From a virus (taxonomy: Duplodnaviria > Caudoviricetes), in IMG/VR virus record IMGVR_UViG_3300032243_002043, positions 1 to 50,805 of that record: a stretch of DNA of 50,805 nucleotides. The stretch is one strand, 5' to 3'. Position 1 is the stretch's first letter. Every line of letters begins with the position of its first letter. Shown here in pieces: positions 18,647 through 27,868 of the stretch. The notes under the pieces are model-generated. The model saw nothing but the letters and a program-made list of their open reading frames with translations. It made no database searches and was not told the DNA's origin. The position numbers and the translations under genes were made by a program.

Positions 18647-19141
18647 ATGTCTAAAAATATTAATAAATTAGATTTTTCTTTTGATAAAAATAAATCATAC
18701 AAGCCCAAGCAAAAAAGAAAAAAAGAGTCTTCGGAAAAAGCTTTAATTTTTTCCAAAAAAATTCTATCAGCGCTAGAAAATAAACTCAAAAAATCAAATT
18801 TATCTAATCTGAATATTGATGATCTTAAAAAAGCTTATAAATTAGGGTTTGGGGTTCCAAGTTTAAATATTAATAAAGAAGCATTAGCTCGAGTGAATGC
18901 TCTAATTAGATCTATGTCTAACCCAAAAGATTTATTAAATTACTTTAAATTTAATCATATTGAGTTTTCTAATGGAGAAATACTAGTAAAGGGAAATTTA
19001 ATTCCGAATGAAATAGACTACTCTTGCGCCGAAAAAGATATAATAGAATATTCTTTAGAAGATTTTAGTTTTAAAGATTTAGAGGAATTATATTTAGCAG
19101 ACGAAGAGGATGGAATTTCTAAATTCGACTGGGAGTATTAA
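18647..19141 (+). CDS. hypothetical head-morphogenesis-associated protein
   Basis: Likely start ATG 18647, 15 nt after a GTGTATT variant motif. LKKAYKLG..ALARVNA recalls the DUF5824-like KVY.RG..ARVN pattern. Confidence 0.5.
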   Translation: MSKNINKLDFSFDKNKSYKPKQKRKKESSEKALIFSKKILSALENKLKKSNLSNLNIDDLKKAYKLGFGVPSLNINKEALARVNALIRSMSNPKDLLNYFKFNHIEFSNGEILVKGNLIPNEIDYSCAEKDIIEYSLEDFSFKDLEELYLADEEDGISKFDWEY

Positions 19142-19143
19142 AT

Positions 19144-20664
19144 ATGAAAAAAACAAAATTTTTAACTGTATTTTCTAATTTAAAAATAAGGCCATTAGTC
19201 AGCGAAGAAAAAGACAAGTATTTATCTATGGCCTCTTTGGAAAAATTAAAAAAGTTTATACCAAATATAGATTTAGAATCAAATATAGATCTATTAGCGG
19301 TTGCTTTTGATGCATGCGTAGTTAATAGAGTAAATAAAAATGGTGACGTTATTGATGGTTCCACAGCTGTAAAAATTGCTAAAAATTTTATAAATAAACC
19401 GATTAATATAGAGCACAATCGAGGAAATATTATAGGATGTATTTTAAATTATGGTTTCAGCGAATTCGGAACTAGTCAAGCAATCGCTGAGGAAGATTTG
19501 TTTGAAATAAAAAAGCCTTTTAATATTACGTTGGGTGGCGTGGTATGGAAAATAGTGAATCAAGAATTAGCTAATAAAATTGAAGAAAGTAATGATCCTA
19601 CAAGTGAAAATTATATGACTATATCAGCTTCTTGGGAGCTTGGTTTTAATGATTATAACATTATAGTATTAGACGAAAATGAAAAAAATATAGAAAATGG
19701 TAAAATTATAAATGATTCTAAAGAAATTGAAAAGTATACTCCAGAATTAAAAGCTTTTGGAGGATCTGGAAAAACTAAAGACAATAAATATTTATATAGA
19801 CAAGTTTTAGGCAAAGTGGTTCCTTTAGGCATAGGTTTTACTTTGAATCCTGCTGCCGATGTTCAAGGAATAGCTACGGCATCAGATCATGAAGCCATCT
19901 CAAATGAAAATATCATTTCCCAAAACGAAAATTTAGATGTAAAAAAAGAAAGAATATATATGAAAATATCAAAAATTGAAGAAATTACTGATACTCTTCT
20001 TAAGGAAGTATCCGCCGCATCAATTACTGATTTTATTGCGGATGAAATTAAAAAAGTCAGCGATCAATTCGTGACTGAAAAAAATGAAAAAGAAGCAGCT
20101 CTTAAAGCAGCTAACGAAAAAGTAGAGTCTTTTTCTAAAGAACAAGAATCACTTAAGAAGACCCTCGAAGAAGTAAGTAATAAAGTCCAAGAACTTGAAA
20201 AAGAAAAAGAAGTCAAAGCTAAAGAAGAAGCCTTTAATACCAGAATGGCTTATTTTGATAGTGAATATGATTTGTCCGAAGAAGATCGCCAAGTTCTAGC
20301 TAATGATATTAAAGATTTAAATGAAGAAGCTTTTTCAGGATATAAAAATAAAATGGCAGTTCTTATGAAGGAAAAAAATAAAGCTGCTAAAAAAGCTGCT
20401 AAAGAAAAAATGGATAAAGAAGATTTAAAAGATAAAGGTGCAGACGAAGATAAAGAAGATAAAAACGGCAAAGTAATTAAATCTGCTGTTGCTTCTGAAG
20501 AGGTCGCACAACAAATTTCTACAACCCAAGAGGTTGTTGAACAAGCTGTTGATAATGGATCAAAAGCTTCGACTGAAATACCAAATACCGCTCCTGCTTC
20601 AGAGCCAAGCGTTAAAGAAAAATACGCAAAAGCTTTTAGCATGGAAGGTTTTGAAATTAAATAA
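19144..20664 (+). CDS. prohead protease fused to scaffolding domain
   Basis: N-terminal half has KPINIEH, SASWELGF and GIGFTLNPAAD (prohead serine protease-like). C-terminal half is a Glu/Lys/Ala coiled coil. Lies upstream of the capsid genes. Confidence 0.75.
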   Translation: MKKTKFLTVFSNLKIRPLVSEEKDKYLSMASLEKLKKFIPNIDLESNIDLLAVAFDACVVNRVNKNGDVIDGSTAVKIAKNFINKPINIEHNRGNIIGCILNYGFSEFGTSQAIAEEDLFEIKKPFNITLGGVVWKIVNQELANKIEESNDPTSENYMTISASWELGFNDYNIIVLDENEKNIENGKIINDSKEIEKYTPELKAFGGSGKTKDNKYLYRQVLGKVVPLGIGFTLNPAADVQGIATASDHEAISNENIISQNENLDVKKERIYMKISKIEEITDTLLKEVSAASITDFIADEIKKVSDQFVTEKNEKEAALKAANEKVESFSKEQESLKKTLEEVSNKVQELEKEKEVKAKEEAFNTRMAYFDSEYDLSEEDRQVLANDIKDLNEEAFSGYKNKMAVLMKEKNKAAKKAAKEKMDKEDLKDKGADEDKEDKNGKVIKSAVASEEVAQQISTTQEVVEQAVDNGSKASTEIPNTAPASEPSVKEKYAKAFSMEGFEIK

Positions 20665-20676
20665 GGAGATAAAAAT

Positions 20677-21375
20677 ATGGCACATCTAAAATCATTTAGA
20701 TCATATAGCGAACACGATGTTGTTAATATGTTTGCTTACCATGGTGATTTTACAATTTCCAATGGAAATAAAGTATACACTAATGGCGCTAACATTAATT
20801 CAAGAACAGATGTTTTGCCAGCCGGAACCGTAGTTGAAATTGATACTACTGCGCCACTTTCTTTGAATGGTGGCACAGAAGATTTAGCTTCATTTAGCAC
20901 TACTAATGGAGTAGTTTCTAATCGTTATGGTGTTAAAGCTGGTTTAGTAAAAGGAGATTCTACAAATTATAAAAATTTAGGTCTTACTTTGATGACGGTA
21001 AGAAATTTCGATGAAAACAACGAAAATTTAGCGTTTAATCCAAGAAAAGCTGCTGAAATGGGCGTAGTTTTACTAGGCCAAGTAGTTCCAGTAGTTACAG
21101 AAGGATTATTTGCTTTATCAATAGTTAATAATGCTGTTGATGCAACCGGAGCCCCGATGGTAGCTGGAGCTGGTTGGGACCTATATGTTGGAGTAGGAGA
21201 TAACGCAGGAAGACTCGTAACTTCTAAACCAATCGGAAATTATCAAAGAGTTGGAGTTCTGCTAAGCACACTATCTTCAGATGGAGTCGGTTTAGTAAAA
21301 GTCAACTTTGATTTCTCTTCTGTAGGAGTAGCTACTCAAATTGCCCCAGATAATTGGGTTAGCCACGCAGTTTAA
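20677..21375 (+). CDS. capsid decoration/cement protein
   Basis: Between scaffold and MCP, strong TAAGGAG SD, Gly/Val-rich beta sequence. Confidence 0.6.
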   Translation: MAHLKSFRSYSEHDVVNMFAYHGDFTISNGNKVYTNGANINSRTDVLPAGTVVEIDTTAPLSLNGGTEDLASFSTTNGVVSNRYGVKAGLVKGDSTNYKNLGLTLMTVRNFDENNENLAFNPRKAAEMGVVLLGQVVPVVTEGLFALSIVNNAVDATGAPMVAGAGWDLYVGVGDNAGRLVTSKPIGNYQRVGVLLSTLSSDGVGLVKVNFDFSSVGVATQIAPDNWVSHAV

Positions 21376-21392
21376 TAAGGAGAATTTAAAAA

Positions 21393-22484
21393 ATGAAATT
21401 AAAATTAAAAGAATCAGTTGAACAAGTAGAGCTTATCAAAGCTATGGCCAGTAAAGATGGCAGCGTAGCTAGAGAAGCTACTGAAGCCTTTGCTGCTTTT
21501 ATTGGACCAGTTATACAAAAGGTTCTATTAGAGGCTGGCACAGCTAGCGCAGTTTATACAGATCTTCCTTTCGATGAAGACGATAGTCCTTCTATTCCTC
21601 TTGATCTTTGGAATAACGAAAAAGAAGGTTTTGTAAACGTATGGAGCCAAAATGTTGCTGGTGGTCTACCAACTTCCACAGTAGAAGGCTTTGCAGAAAT
21701 GAAAGTAGCTACCTATCGTCTAGATAGCGCAGTTAGTTTCTTGAAGCGTTATGCTCGTCGTGGTCGTTTGGATGTAGTAAGCAAAGCTGTAGAACGTATG
21801 GCAAACGAAGTTCTTGTAAAACAAGAACGTAATGCTTGGGCTGTTGTTCTAAAAGCTCTAGCTTCTGCAAATAATATTGTAGAAGTTGGAACTTCGTCTA
21901 ACGCTACTTATACAGACCGTACATCGTTACAATTACAAAATCTTAACGATCTATTAACTCTAGTAAAAAGAATTAATACTTCTTATGCAGGTGGAACCAC
22001 AAATTCTACTTATGGAGTAACAGATCTATTTGTTAGCCCAGAAATTAAAGGCGATATCAGAGGATTCTCTTATAGCGCATTAGGTGGTTCTGTTGCCGAC
22101 AAAACTAAAACTGACTTGCCCCAAAGTGTACGCGAAGAAATCTTCCGTGGCTCTGGTGCTCAAGAAGTATTTGGCATTCGTTTACATGAACTAGTTGAGC
22201 TTGGCCGTGGAGCTAAATATAATCAACTATTTGATGCCTTCAGAGATGGATTCGACGCAGGAAAAGACGAAGTTCTAGTAGGCCTAGATCTTTCCAAGGA
22301 CGCATTTGTTCGTCCAGTAGCTCGTCAAGCCGAAAGCGGTGGTACATTTACCGCTCTTCCTGATGATCAATGGGTCGCTAGATCTGAAAAGGTTGGCTTC
22401 TATGGTTATCTAGAGGAAGGCCGAGTTGCTCTTGACGGAAGAGCAGTCGCTGGCGTTATCCTTCATGGCATACCAAAACCATAA
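21393..22484 (+). CDS. major capsid protein (HK97 fold)
   Basis: 363 aa with TAAGGAG SD and high-expression codon usage (frequent CGT, GCT, TTC). C-terminal GFYGYLEEG..LD. Followed by a terminator. Confidence 0.85.
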   Translation: MKLKLKESVEQVELIKAMASKDGSVAREATEAFAAFIGPVIQKVLLEAGTASAVYTDLPFDEDDSPSIPLDLWNNEKEGFVNVWSQNVAGGLPTSTVEGFAEMKVATYRLDSAVSFLKRYARRGRLDVVSKAVERMANEVLVKQERNAWAVVLKALASANNIVEVGTSSNATYTDRTSLQLQNLNDLLTLVKRINTSYAGGTTNSTYGVTDLFVSPEIKGDIRGFSYSALGGSVADKTKTDLPQSVREEIFRGSGAQEVFGIRLHELVELGRGAKYNQLFDAFRDGFDAGKDEVLVGLDLSKDAFVRPVARQAESGGTFTALPDDQWVARSEKVGFYGYLEEGRVALDGRAVAGVILHGIPKP

Positions 22485-22506
22485 TTAATATTTAATATAT
22501 TATAAG

Positions 22507-22538
22507 AAACCCGAGGGATTTATTCTCTCGGGTTTTTT
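22507..22538 (+). terminator. rho-independent terminator after the MCP
   Basis: AAACCCGAGGGA-TTTAT-TCTCTCGGGTTT hairpin (one G-U pair) with a T tract. Confidence 0.85.
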
Positions 22539-22541
22539 ATT

Positions 22542-22570
22542 TAGATAATTGATTAAGAATTCAATATAAT
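22542..22570 (+). promoter_or_regulatory. sigma70-like promoter
   Basis: TAGATA, 17-nt spacer, TATAAT, directly after the terminator and upstream of AGGAG and ATG 22587. Confidence 0.5.
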
Positions 22571-22586
22571 TAATTAGGAGAAATAT

Positions 22587-22919
22587 ATGTCAAAAAAATT
22601 AAATTCTTTGAAGCAAGCTCATGGGAAACTAGAGAATCCAGTAACATTGGACCAAATTTGGGGAGATACAGGTACTTCTAAATATGGTACGTTGAATTAT
22701 GAAGAGTACGAAAATTATTTAAGAGATTTAAATAAGAGTGATTTACAATCTCATGCTTCAAAAATAGGGTTAGTACCAATTGATGACAGAGAAAAATTAG
22801 TCAAAAGATTAACATCTGAATTTATAAAATACGCATCAATTTATAATAAACCCAAATTAAAAGAAGAAAAAAAATCTTTGTCAAAAAAAGCTAAAGATAT
22901 TTTATCTGAAGGAAGATAA
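22587..22919 (+). CDS. small protein with HeH/Rho-N/SAP-like motif
   Basis: LNKSDLQSHASKIGL..DREKLVKRL. Such proteins often follow MCP genes. Confidence 0.5.
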   Translation: MSKKLNSLKQAHGKLENPVTLDQIWGDTGTSKYGTLNYEEYENYLRDLNKSDLQSHASKIGLVPIDDREKLVKRLTSEFIKYASIYNKPKLKEEKKSLSKKAKDILSEGR

Positions 22920-22944
22920 TTTTTTAAAATTATTTCTTATAATA

Positions 22945-22951
22945 GTGTAAT
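22945..22951 (+). promoter_or_regulatory. GTGTAAT candidate late promoter element
   Basis: Intergenic, 7 nt before ATG 22959, no SD sequence. Confidence 0.6.
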
Positions 22952-22958
22952 AACTATT

Positions 22959-23465
22959 ATGACTGTGGATATTATCGCTCACGAGATATATTTGGAATTA
23001 GGTGAACCGTTAGATTTAATAGAATCATCAATAATATTTTGGTTAAAATCTAATATTGGAGACTTAAATATTCTTATAAATAAAAATTTTACCATTAATC
23101 AAACTACTTTAGAGATAGAAGGCATTGAAACTTTTGGACACATAGAAAAAAGCATATTTAAAATGGTTTATATGATTCATTATTACGAAAGATTATTTCG
23201 TAATGCTCTTGGAGCAGCTAGCGTTGATAGTGTTGTAAGCGTAACTGATGACGGCAGTACAGTAGTTAAAATCAATAAAAATGAATTAGCAAAAAATTAT
23301 GCTCAATTAAGAAAGCAAATTAATGAAGAGCTAATGACTTTAACAAAAAATTATAATTTAAATGAATCTAGACCGATGCAAGTTGCTGGAGACGATACAA
23401 TAAACAGCACCCAGTCTAATATAGCGTATCAAAACACAATAAGAACCATACAAGGAGCATCTTAA
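22959..23465 (+). CDS. putative head-tail adaptor
   Basis: Position, size and a helical body with a SVTDDGSTV beta-hairpin. Confidence 0.5.
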   Translation: MTVDIIAHEIYLELGEPLDLIESSIIFWLKSNIGDLNILINKNFTINQTTLEIEGIETFGHIEKSIFKMVYMIHYYERLFRNALGAASVDSVVSVTDDGSTVVKINKNELAKNYAQLRKQINEELMTLTKNYNLNESRPMQVAGDDTINSTQSNIAYQNTIRTIQGAS

Positions 23466-23482
23466 ATGATGTATTTAAAATT

Positions 23483-23926
23483 ATGGCTAGCTTATTGAAT
23501 GAAACAGAAAAAAATAATCTCACTCCCTTAATAGAAGATCTTTTTGATACTTTTGCTAGAGATATTACCGTACACAAACAACCTCAAAAAAAAATCATTC
23601 AATCTAATACAAATTCTTTGGCTGGATACGAAGAGGAATCTATTCAAGAAAATATTGAATACATACCTAAATCTCAAATTTTTAAAGCAAAAATAAAATA
23701 CAACAATACTCAAGATTTAAAAGCTTTTCCAGAGCTAAATAATTTAATTAGCAAGGGCATAGTCAAAATAAAGGTCAGAAAAGACGCAAGAGATTATATC
23801 TTAGATGGAACAAAAACAGAAAAAATAGAAATAGATGGTAAATTTTTTAATATTATTACAGATGAGGCTGTTAAAAAATTTTTTAATACAACGTATTATA
23901 TATTTTTCTTAGAGGTGATAAAATGA
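23483..23926 (+). CDS. putative head-closure (stopper) protein
   Basis: Synteny and beta-rich 147 aa with an IEIDGK.F motif. Confidence 0.5.
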   Translation: MASLLNETEKNNLTPLIEDLFDTFARDITVHKQPQKKIIQSNTNSLAGYEEESIQENIEYIPKSQIFKAKIKYNNTQDLKAFPELNNLISKGIVKIKVRKDARDYILDGTKTEKIEIDGKFFNIITDEAVKKFFNTTYYIFFLEVIK

Positions 23927-24492
23927 ATTATATTAATATTAAATCGATTCAAGAAAAAGCTTTAAATTCTAAAAAATTAATTAAATCTGCAGACGAAATA
24001 GTCAAAAAAAAATTTGAATCGAATAAAAATGCTTTTTTAACAGAATTTGATAATCACGTAGTAACTAAGGAAATTTCCGAAGGATCTTCAGCTCCCAATA
24101 TTAGCAAAACATTAAATGGACGAGGAAATCTTTTCGGATTTATTGGCTTTAATGAAGGAGATAGCCCAATTGAAAATTTAAGAAATTTTTTAAATGAAAG
24201 TTTTGATTTTAAAAGAAAAAAAATTTCAAATAAAAAAATTTCATATACAATATATTACCCTTCTTTTGAAAAAATAAAAAACATAACAAAAATGCCATGG
24301 GAAAGCGGGAGAAGTTGGGTAGACGGAATCGAAAGAGGAATATCAGGCCTGAGTTATTATTTATATAAAAAATCTATAGCTAGTAGATCTGGCGGCGGAG
24401 TTCAATCAGAAAATCAAATAAGCACATCTTCTTTTAAAACGATTAAATATATGACAGAAATAATAAATAAATTTAAAAAAAATTTTAAATGA
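23923..24492 (+). CDS. putative neck/tail-completion protein
   Basis: Basic protein ATGA-coupled within the neck operon. Confidence 0.4.
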   Translation: MNYINIKSIQEKALNSKKLIKSADEIVKKKFESNKNAFLTEFDNHVVTKEISEGSSAPNISKTLNGRGNLFGFIGFNEGDSPIENLRNFLNESFDFKRKKISNKKISYTIYYPSFEKIKNITKMPWESGRSWVDGIERGISGLSYYLYKKSIASRSGGGVQSENQISTSSFKTIKYMTEIINKFKKNFK

Positions 24493-25316
24493 AAGCTCAA
24501 TTAGACAACATTCTAATGTCTAGTATGATGCTATGGATGGACAATAAAATATTATCCAAAGGGCAAGCTTTTACCAATTTTTCTAGTAATTTTTATTCAG
24601 TTCCAAATTTAATAAACGGATTTTATTCCTATGGCTTACCCTTTAAGCAAATAGTTTGTGATAATTCTATAAATGGAGCTAATTTATTGTCTGGAGTATA
24701 TGTTAACAATAATTATACTAATATTGGGACAAATAATTTAACAGGAATTAACCCAAACCAAGGACAAGCATATTTTTCCTCTGCTCAAAATGGTTCTATT
24801 AGTGGTAATTATGCAGTAAAAGACTTCAATATATATATAACTTCTAATCCTGAAGAAAATATATTATTTGAAACTGAATATAGAGTTAAGCCAAAAACAA
24901 ATCAAAACCCAACAGGTTTAGCTCCAAACGCATTAACATATCCAGCGATTTTTTTAAAATTAAATAATAGCACAAATATTCCATTCGCTTTTGGAGGAAT
25001 GGATAGGACAAATATAGATATTAGAGCTATAATATTAGCTGAAAATACATTTTCATTAGACGCAGTATCATCAATATTAAGAGATACGGCTAGAAGTTAT
25101 GTCCCTGTAATAGAAAATCAACCATTCAATTCTTTTGGCGGGCTAGATAATGGTTATTTTAACTATAATTCATTATCTGCGAATTCAGATATGTTTTTTT
25201 ATATAAAAGACGTATCTATATCTAAAATATCCTATCCAGCGGATAAAACAAATTATTCTATATATCCAGGTATAGTTGATTTTACTTTAGAAAATATTCG
25301 TCATCCGTTGCGTTAA
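24489..25316 (+). CDS. putative tail terminator protein
   Basis: Directly precedes the tail tube gene. YPAIF..FAFGG pattern. Confidence 0.5.
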   Translation: MKAQLDNILMSSMMLWMDNKILSKGQAFTNFSSNFYSVPNLINGFYSYGLPFKQIVCDNSINGANLLSGVYVNNNYTNIGTNNLTGINPNQGQAYFSSAQNGSISGNYAVKDFNIYITSNPEENILFETEYRVKPKTNQNPTGLAPNALTYPAIFLKLNNSTNIPFAFGGMDRTNIDIRAIILAENTFSLDAVSSILRDTARSYVPVIENQPFNSFGGLDNGYFNYNSLSANSDMFFYIKDVSISKISYPADKTNYSIYPGIVDFTLENIRHPLR

Positions 25317-25375
25317 TTAATATTCTCTTTCGTCAAAATTTGATGTAATAGTATATAGATTTTAAGGAGAAATAT

Positions 25376-26449
25376 ATGCCAAGAAACAGAGTAATTTATC
25401 AAAGCGAAGCCCTTTTTGTAGGGCCAACAGGTTCTGAAGCTTCCACGTCTTCAAATAATAAACAATTAAGCCGCGTTCAAAGCGCCAATTATAATTTTGA
25501 AATTAGTAGACAAGATGTAAACCAATTCGGAAATTTAGCCGCAATTGACAGAATTATACTAGAGCAACCCAAAGTCTCTCTAGATTTTACTTACTATGTA
25601 AATAACGGAGACAACGAAACGAATATTGGTTTAACAACTACAACCGGAACTACAGATTCATCGGCTATCTCAGATATTCTTACTGGTACATCTCGCGTTA
25701 AAAATTATTATATTTTAACTTCCAGAGAAGGTACAGACGTTAATAATATGACTAATGTCGCTTCTGGAGCAAGAACGATTGGAATTGGAAATTCTGCTTT
25801 AAACTCTTACAAAGTAGAGGCAAAAGTCGGAGATATTCCAACGGCTTCTGTTTCTGTTGAAGCATTAAATATGAACTTTGTAAGTGGAAATTCTGGAGTA
25901 GGTCCTACAATTAATTCTTCGAATGGAACCTCTGCTAACGTTAACTTTACGTTGCCAACGCCAGCTAGTGGAGATGGATTTAGTGCATTGCGCCCAGGAG
26001 ATATTACCGTAACAGTTGGCACAACCAACGGAGGCTCTTTTGGCGTTGATGGAACTGATTGGAAAGTGCAAAGCGCCTCTTTAAGCTTTGATTTGAATAG
26101 AGAGAACATCAACAAGCTAGGAAGTAAATTTGCTTTTACTAAAGAAATTAAATTCCCAGTTACAGTCACCATGAATGTAGAGGCTTTAATTGGTGATGGT
26201 AAAGATAATAATCTTTCATCATTGGTGTCGGATGATTCAAATACATATGAAGTTTCTATGTTAATCGCTCATCCCACTAACTCGGCTAAAAGAGCTATGA
26301 AATATACGCTGAAAAAGTGCAAACTAGATAGCGAAGATTTTAGCTCATCTATAGGCGATAATAAAAGTGTTAAATTAACTTTTTCGACTCAAGTAGGTGG
26401 TCCATCAGATACAACTGCTGGGTTATTTATTGATAAAGCCGAAGCTTAA
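25376..26449 (+). CDS. major tail tube protein
   Basis: TAAGGAG SD, Ser/Thr/Gly-rich. Two similar halves (RVQSANYNFEISRQDVNQFG and KVQSASLSFDLNRENINKLG). Followed by a terminator and preceded by an ATGTAAT variant motif at 25343. Confidence 0.75.
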   Translation: MPRNRVIYQSEALFVGPTGSEASTSSNNKQLSRVQSANYNFEISRQDVNQFGNLAAIDRIILEQPKVSLDFTYYVNNGDNETNIGLTTTTGTTDSSAISDILTGTSRVKNYYILTSREGTDVNNMTNVASGARTIGIGNSALNSYKVEAKVGDIPTASVSVEALNMNFVSGNSGVGPTINSSNGTSANVNFTLPTPASGDGFSALRPGDITVTVGTTNGGSFGVDGTDWKVQSASLSFDLNRENINKLGSKFAFTKEIKFPVTVTMNVEALIGDGKDNNLSSLVSDDSNTYEVSMLIAHPTNSAKRAMKYTLKKCKLDSEDFSSSIGDNKSVKLTFSTQVGGPSDTTAGLFIDKAEA

Positions 26450-26471
26450 TTTTAAATTTATATTTAAAACT

Positions 26472-26496
26472 AAAAACCCGCTTAGGCGGGTTTTTT
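26472..26496 (+). terminator. rho-independent terminator, potentially bidirectional
   Basis: AAAAACCCGC-TTAG-GCGGGTTTTTT. Confidence 0.9.
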
Positions 26497-26497
26497 A

Positions 26498-26521
26498 GTG
26501 TAATCATTTGCAGGAATAAGG
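26498..26521 (+). promoter_or_regulatory. GTGTAAT element with AGGAATAAGG leader
   Basis: The motif begins 1 nt after the terminator T-tract, consistent with re-initiation of transcription. Confidence 0.65.
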
Positions 26522-26527
26522 AAACTC

Positions 26528-26821
26528 ATGGATTCAAATAATCCTGAAAAAATAAAAGAATATATTCTATTTCAAATTAATAGAAATATTATTAATTTAT
26601 ATAAAAGATATCTGAATATAATAGAGGATCTTCAAGAGGAACATATATCAATGCTCAATAAGTTAAATAAAGACTTAGACCTCGCAAAAATAAAAAATGT
26701 TGATTATTTTGATGACAATAAATATAATTATTATAGGAAAAAGGTTTTAGATTTAGGAAATGAAACTCTAAGAGAAATAGAGAAAAATTTCGATTTTCTA
26801 GATTTAAAGATTAAAAAATGA
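26528..26821 (+). CDS. hypothetical protein
   Basis: 97-aa helical ORF with an SD-like AAGG. Confidence 0.6.
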   Translation: MDSNNPEKIKEYILFQINRNIINLYKRYLNIIEDLQEEHISMLNKLNKDLDLAKIKNVDYFDDNKYNYYRKKVLDLGNETLREIEKNFDFLDLKIKK

Positions 26822-27087
26822 AAATTCAAAAAAGAATATTTAATTATAATATAGAAGATGTTATAAAATCAAATATTGAGATGCAGACAATATCCAGGGT
26901 GCTTCAAACTGAATTTGGTTTTAAAAATTTAAACTTCAATATATTAATAAATAATAGTTTAAAATATTATTCTTCTTGGACCCAGGAAAAAAAGGATAAA
27001 TTTATAAAAACTATTGGTGGTAAAGCTAATTTTAAAAAAACTAAAGCTTATTTAGAAAATAAAATGGAAATAGAAAATGAATACTAA
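26818..27087 (+). CDS. hypothetical protein
   Basis: 89-aa ORF, ATGA-coupled to the preceding gene. Confidence 0.55.
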   Translation: MKIQKRIFNYNIEDVIKSNIEMQTISRVLQTEFGFKNLNFNILINNSLKYYSSWTQEKKDKFIKTIGGKANFKKTKAYLENKMEIENEY

Positions 27088-27868
27088 TAAATTTTTGCAT
27101 GAGTTTCAAATAGATAAAGAAATATCTGTAGAAACAGAAACTGCCTCAAAAAATGAAAAAGGCGAAGAAGTCAAAACTATAAAAAAAGAATTAATTAAAA
27201 AACCCTTTTTTTATAGATTAATTAAGCCAAATAGAAAACTTTTTGATGATGCAGAATTGTTTTATGGGGTAAAGCTGGCAGATGGAATTAAAGCCGGATT
27301 ACTAACTCGTTCTTTGCTAGCTAAAAGATATCAAAATGATGGCGGAGCAATGAGCGAGCCAGAAAAGCAAAAATATGCACAATTATATGTAAATATGTTT
27401 AGAAAACAAAATGAATTAGAAAAAGTTCAAATGAATTTAGAAAAAATGTCAAAAGATTTGCAAGAAGCTAAAATGTCAGAAATTTTAACAGAAATGGCAA
27501 ATATAAAAGATCAATTACAAGAAATAGAGATATATCAATCTTCATTATTCGATCAAACTGCTGAAAATAGAGCTAGAAATTTAACTATTATGTGGTGGGC
27601 GTTGAATATATCATATATATCCATGGATGATAAAAAAACTTTTGTTCCATTATTCGGCGAAGGAAATTTTGAGGCAAGGCTTAAAGAATACGATAGACTA
27701 GAAGACTCTGACGATACTACAGATCTAGAGGCAATTAAAAAAATAGCATACTTTATAAGTTTATGGTATTTGGGTAAAGCATCTACGCCTGAGGATTTTC
27801 AAAAATTAGAAAATACTTTATCTCAAGAAAAAGAAAATACTAAAAATATTTCAGTAAATAGTGAATGA
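27077..27868 (+). CDS. putative tail assembly chaperone
   Basis: Between tube and tape measure genes; charged and helical. Confidence 0.5.
   Translation: MNTNKFLHEFQIDKEISVETETASKNEKGEEVKTIKKELIKKPFFYRLIKPNRKLFDDAELFYGVKLADGIKAGLLTRSLLAKRYQNDGGAMSEPEKQKYAQLYVNMFRKQNELEKVQMNLEKMSKDLQEAKMSEILTEMANIKDQLQEIEIYQSSLFDQTAENRARNLTIMWWALNISYISMDDKKTFVPLFGEGNFEARLKEYDRLEDSDDTTDLEAIKKIAYFISLWYLGKASTPEDFQKLENTLSQEKENTKNISVNSE

Noticed and set aside
11295-22484. Intein or intron in TerL, portal or MCP
   Set aside because: Lengths are ordinary, the frames are uninterrupted, and no intein splice-junction or LAGLIDADG motifs are visible.
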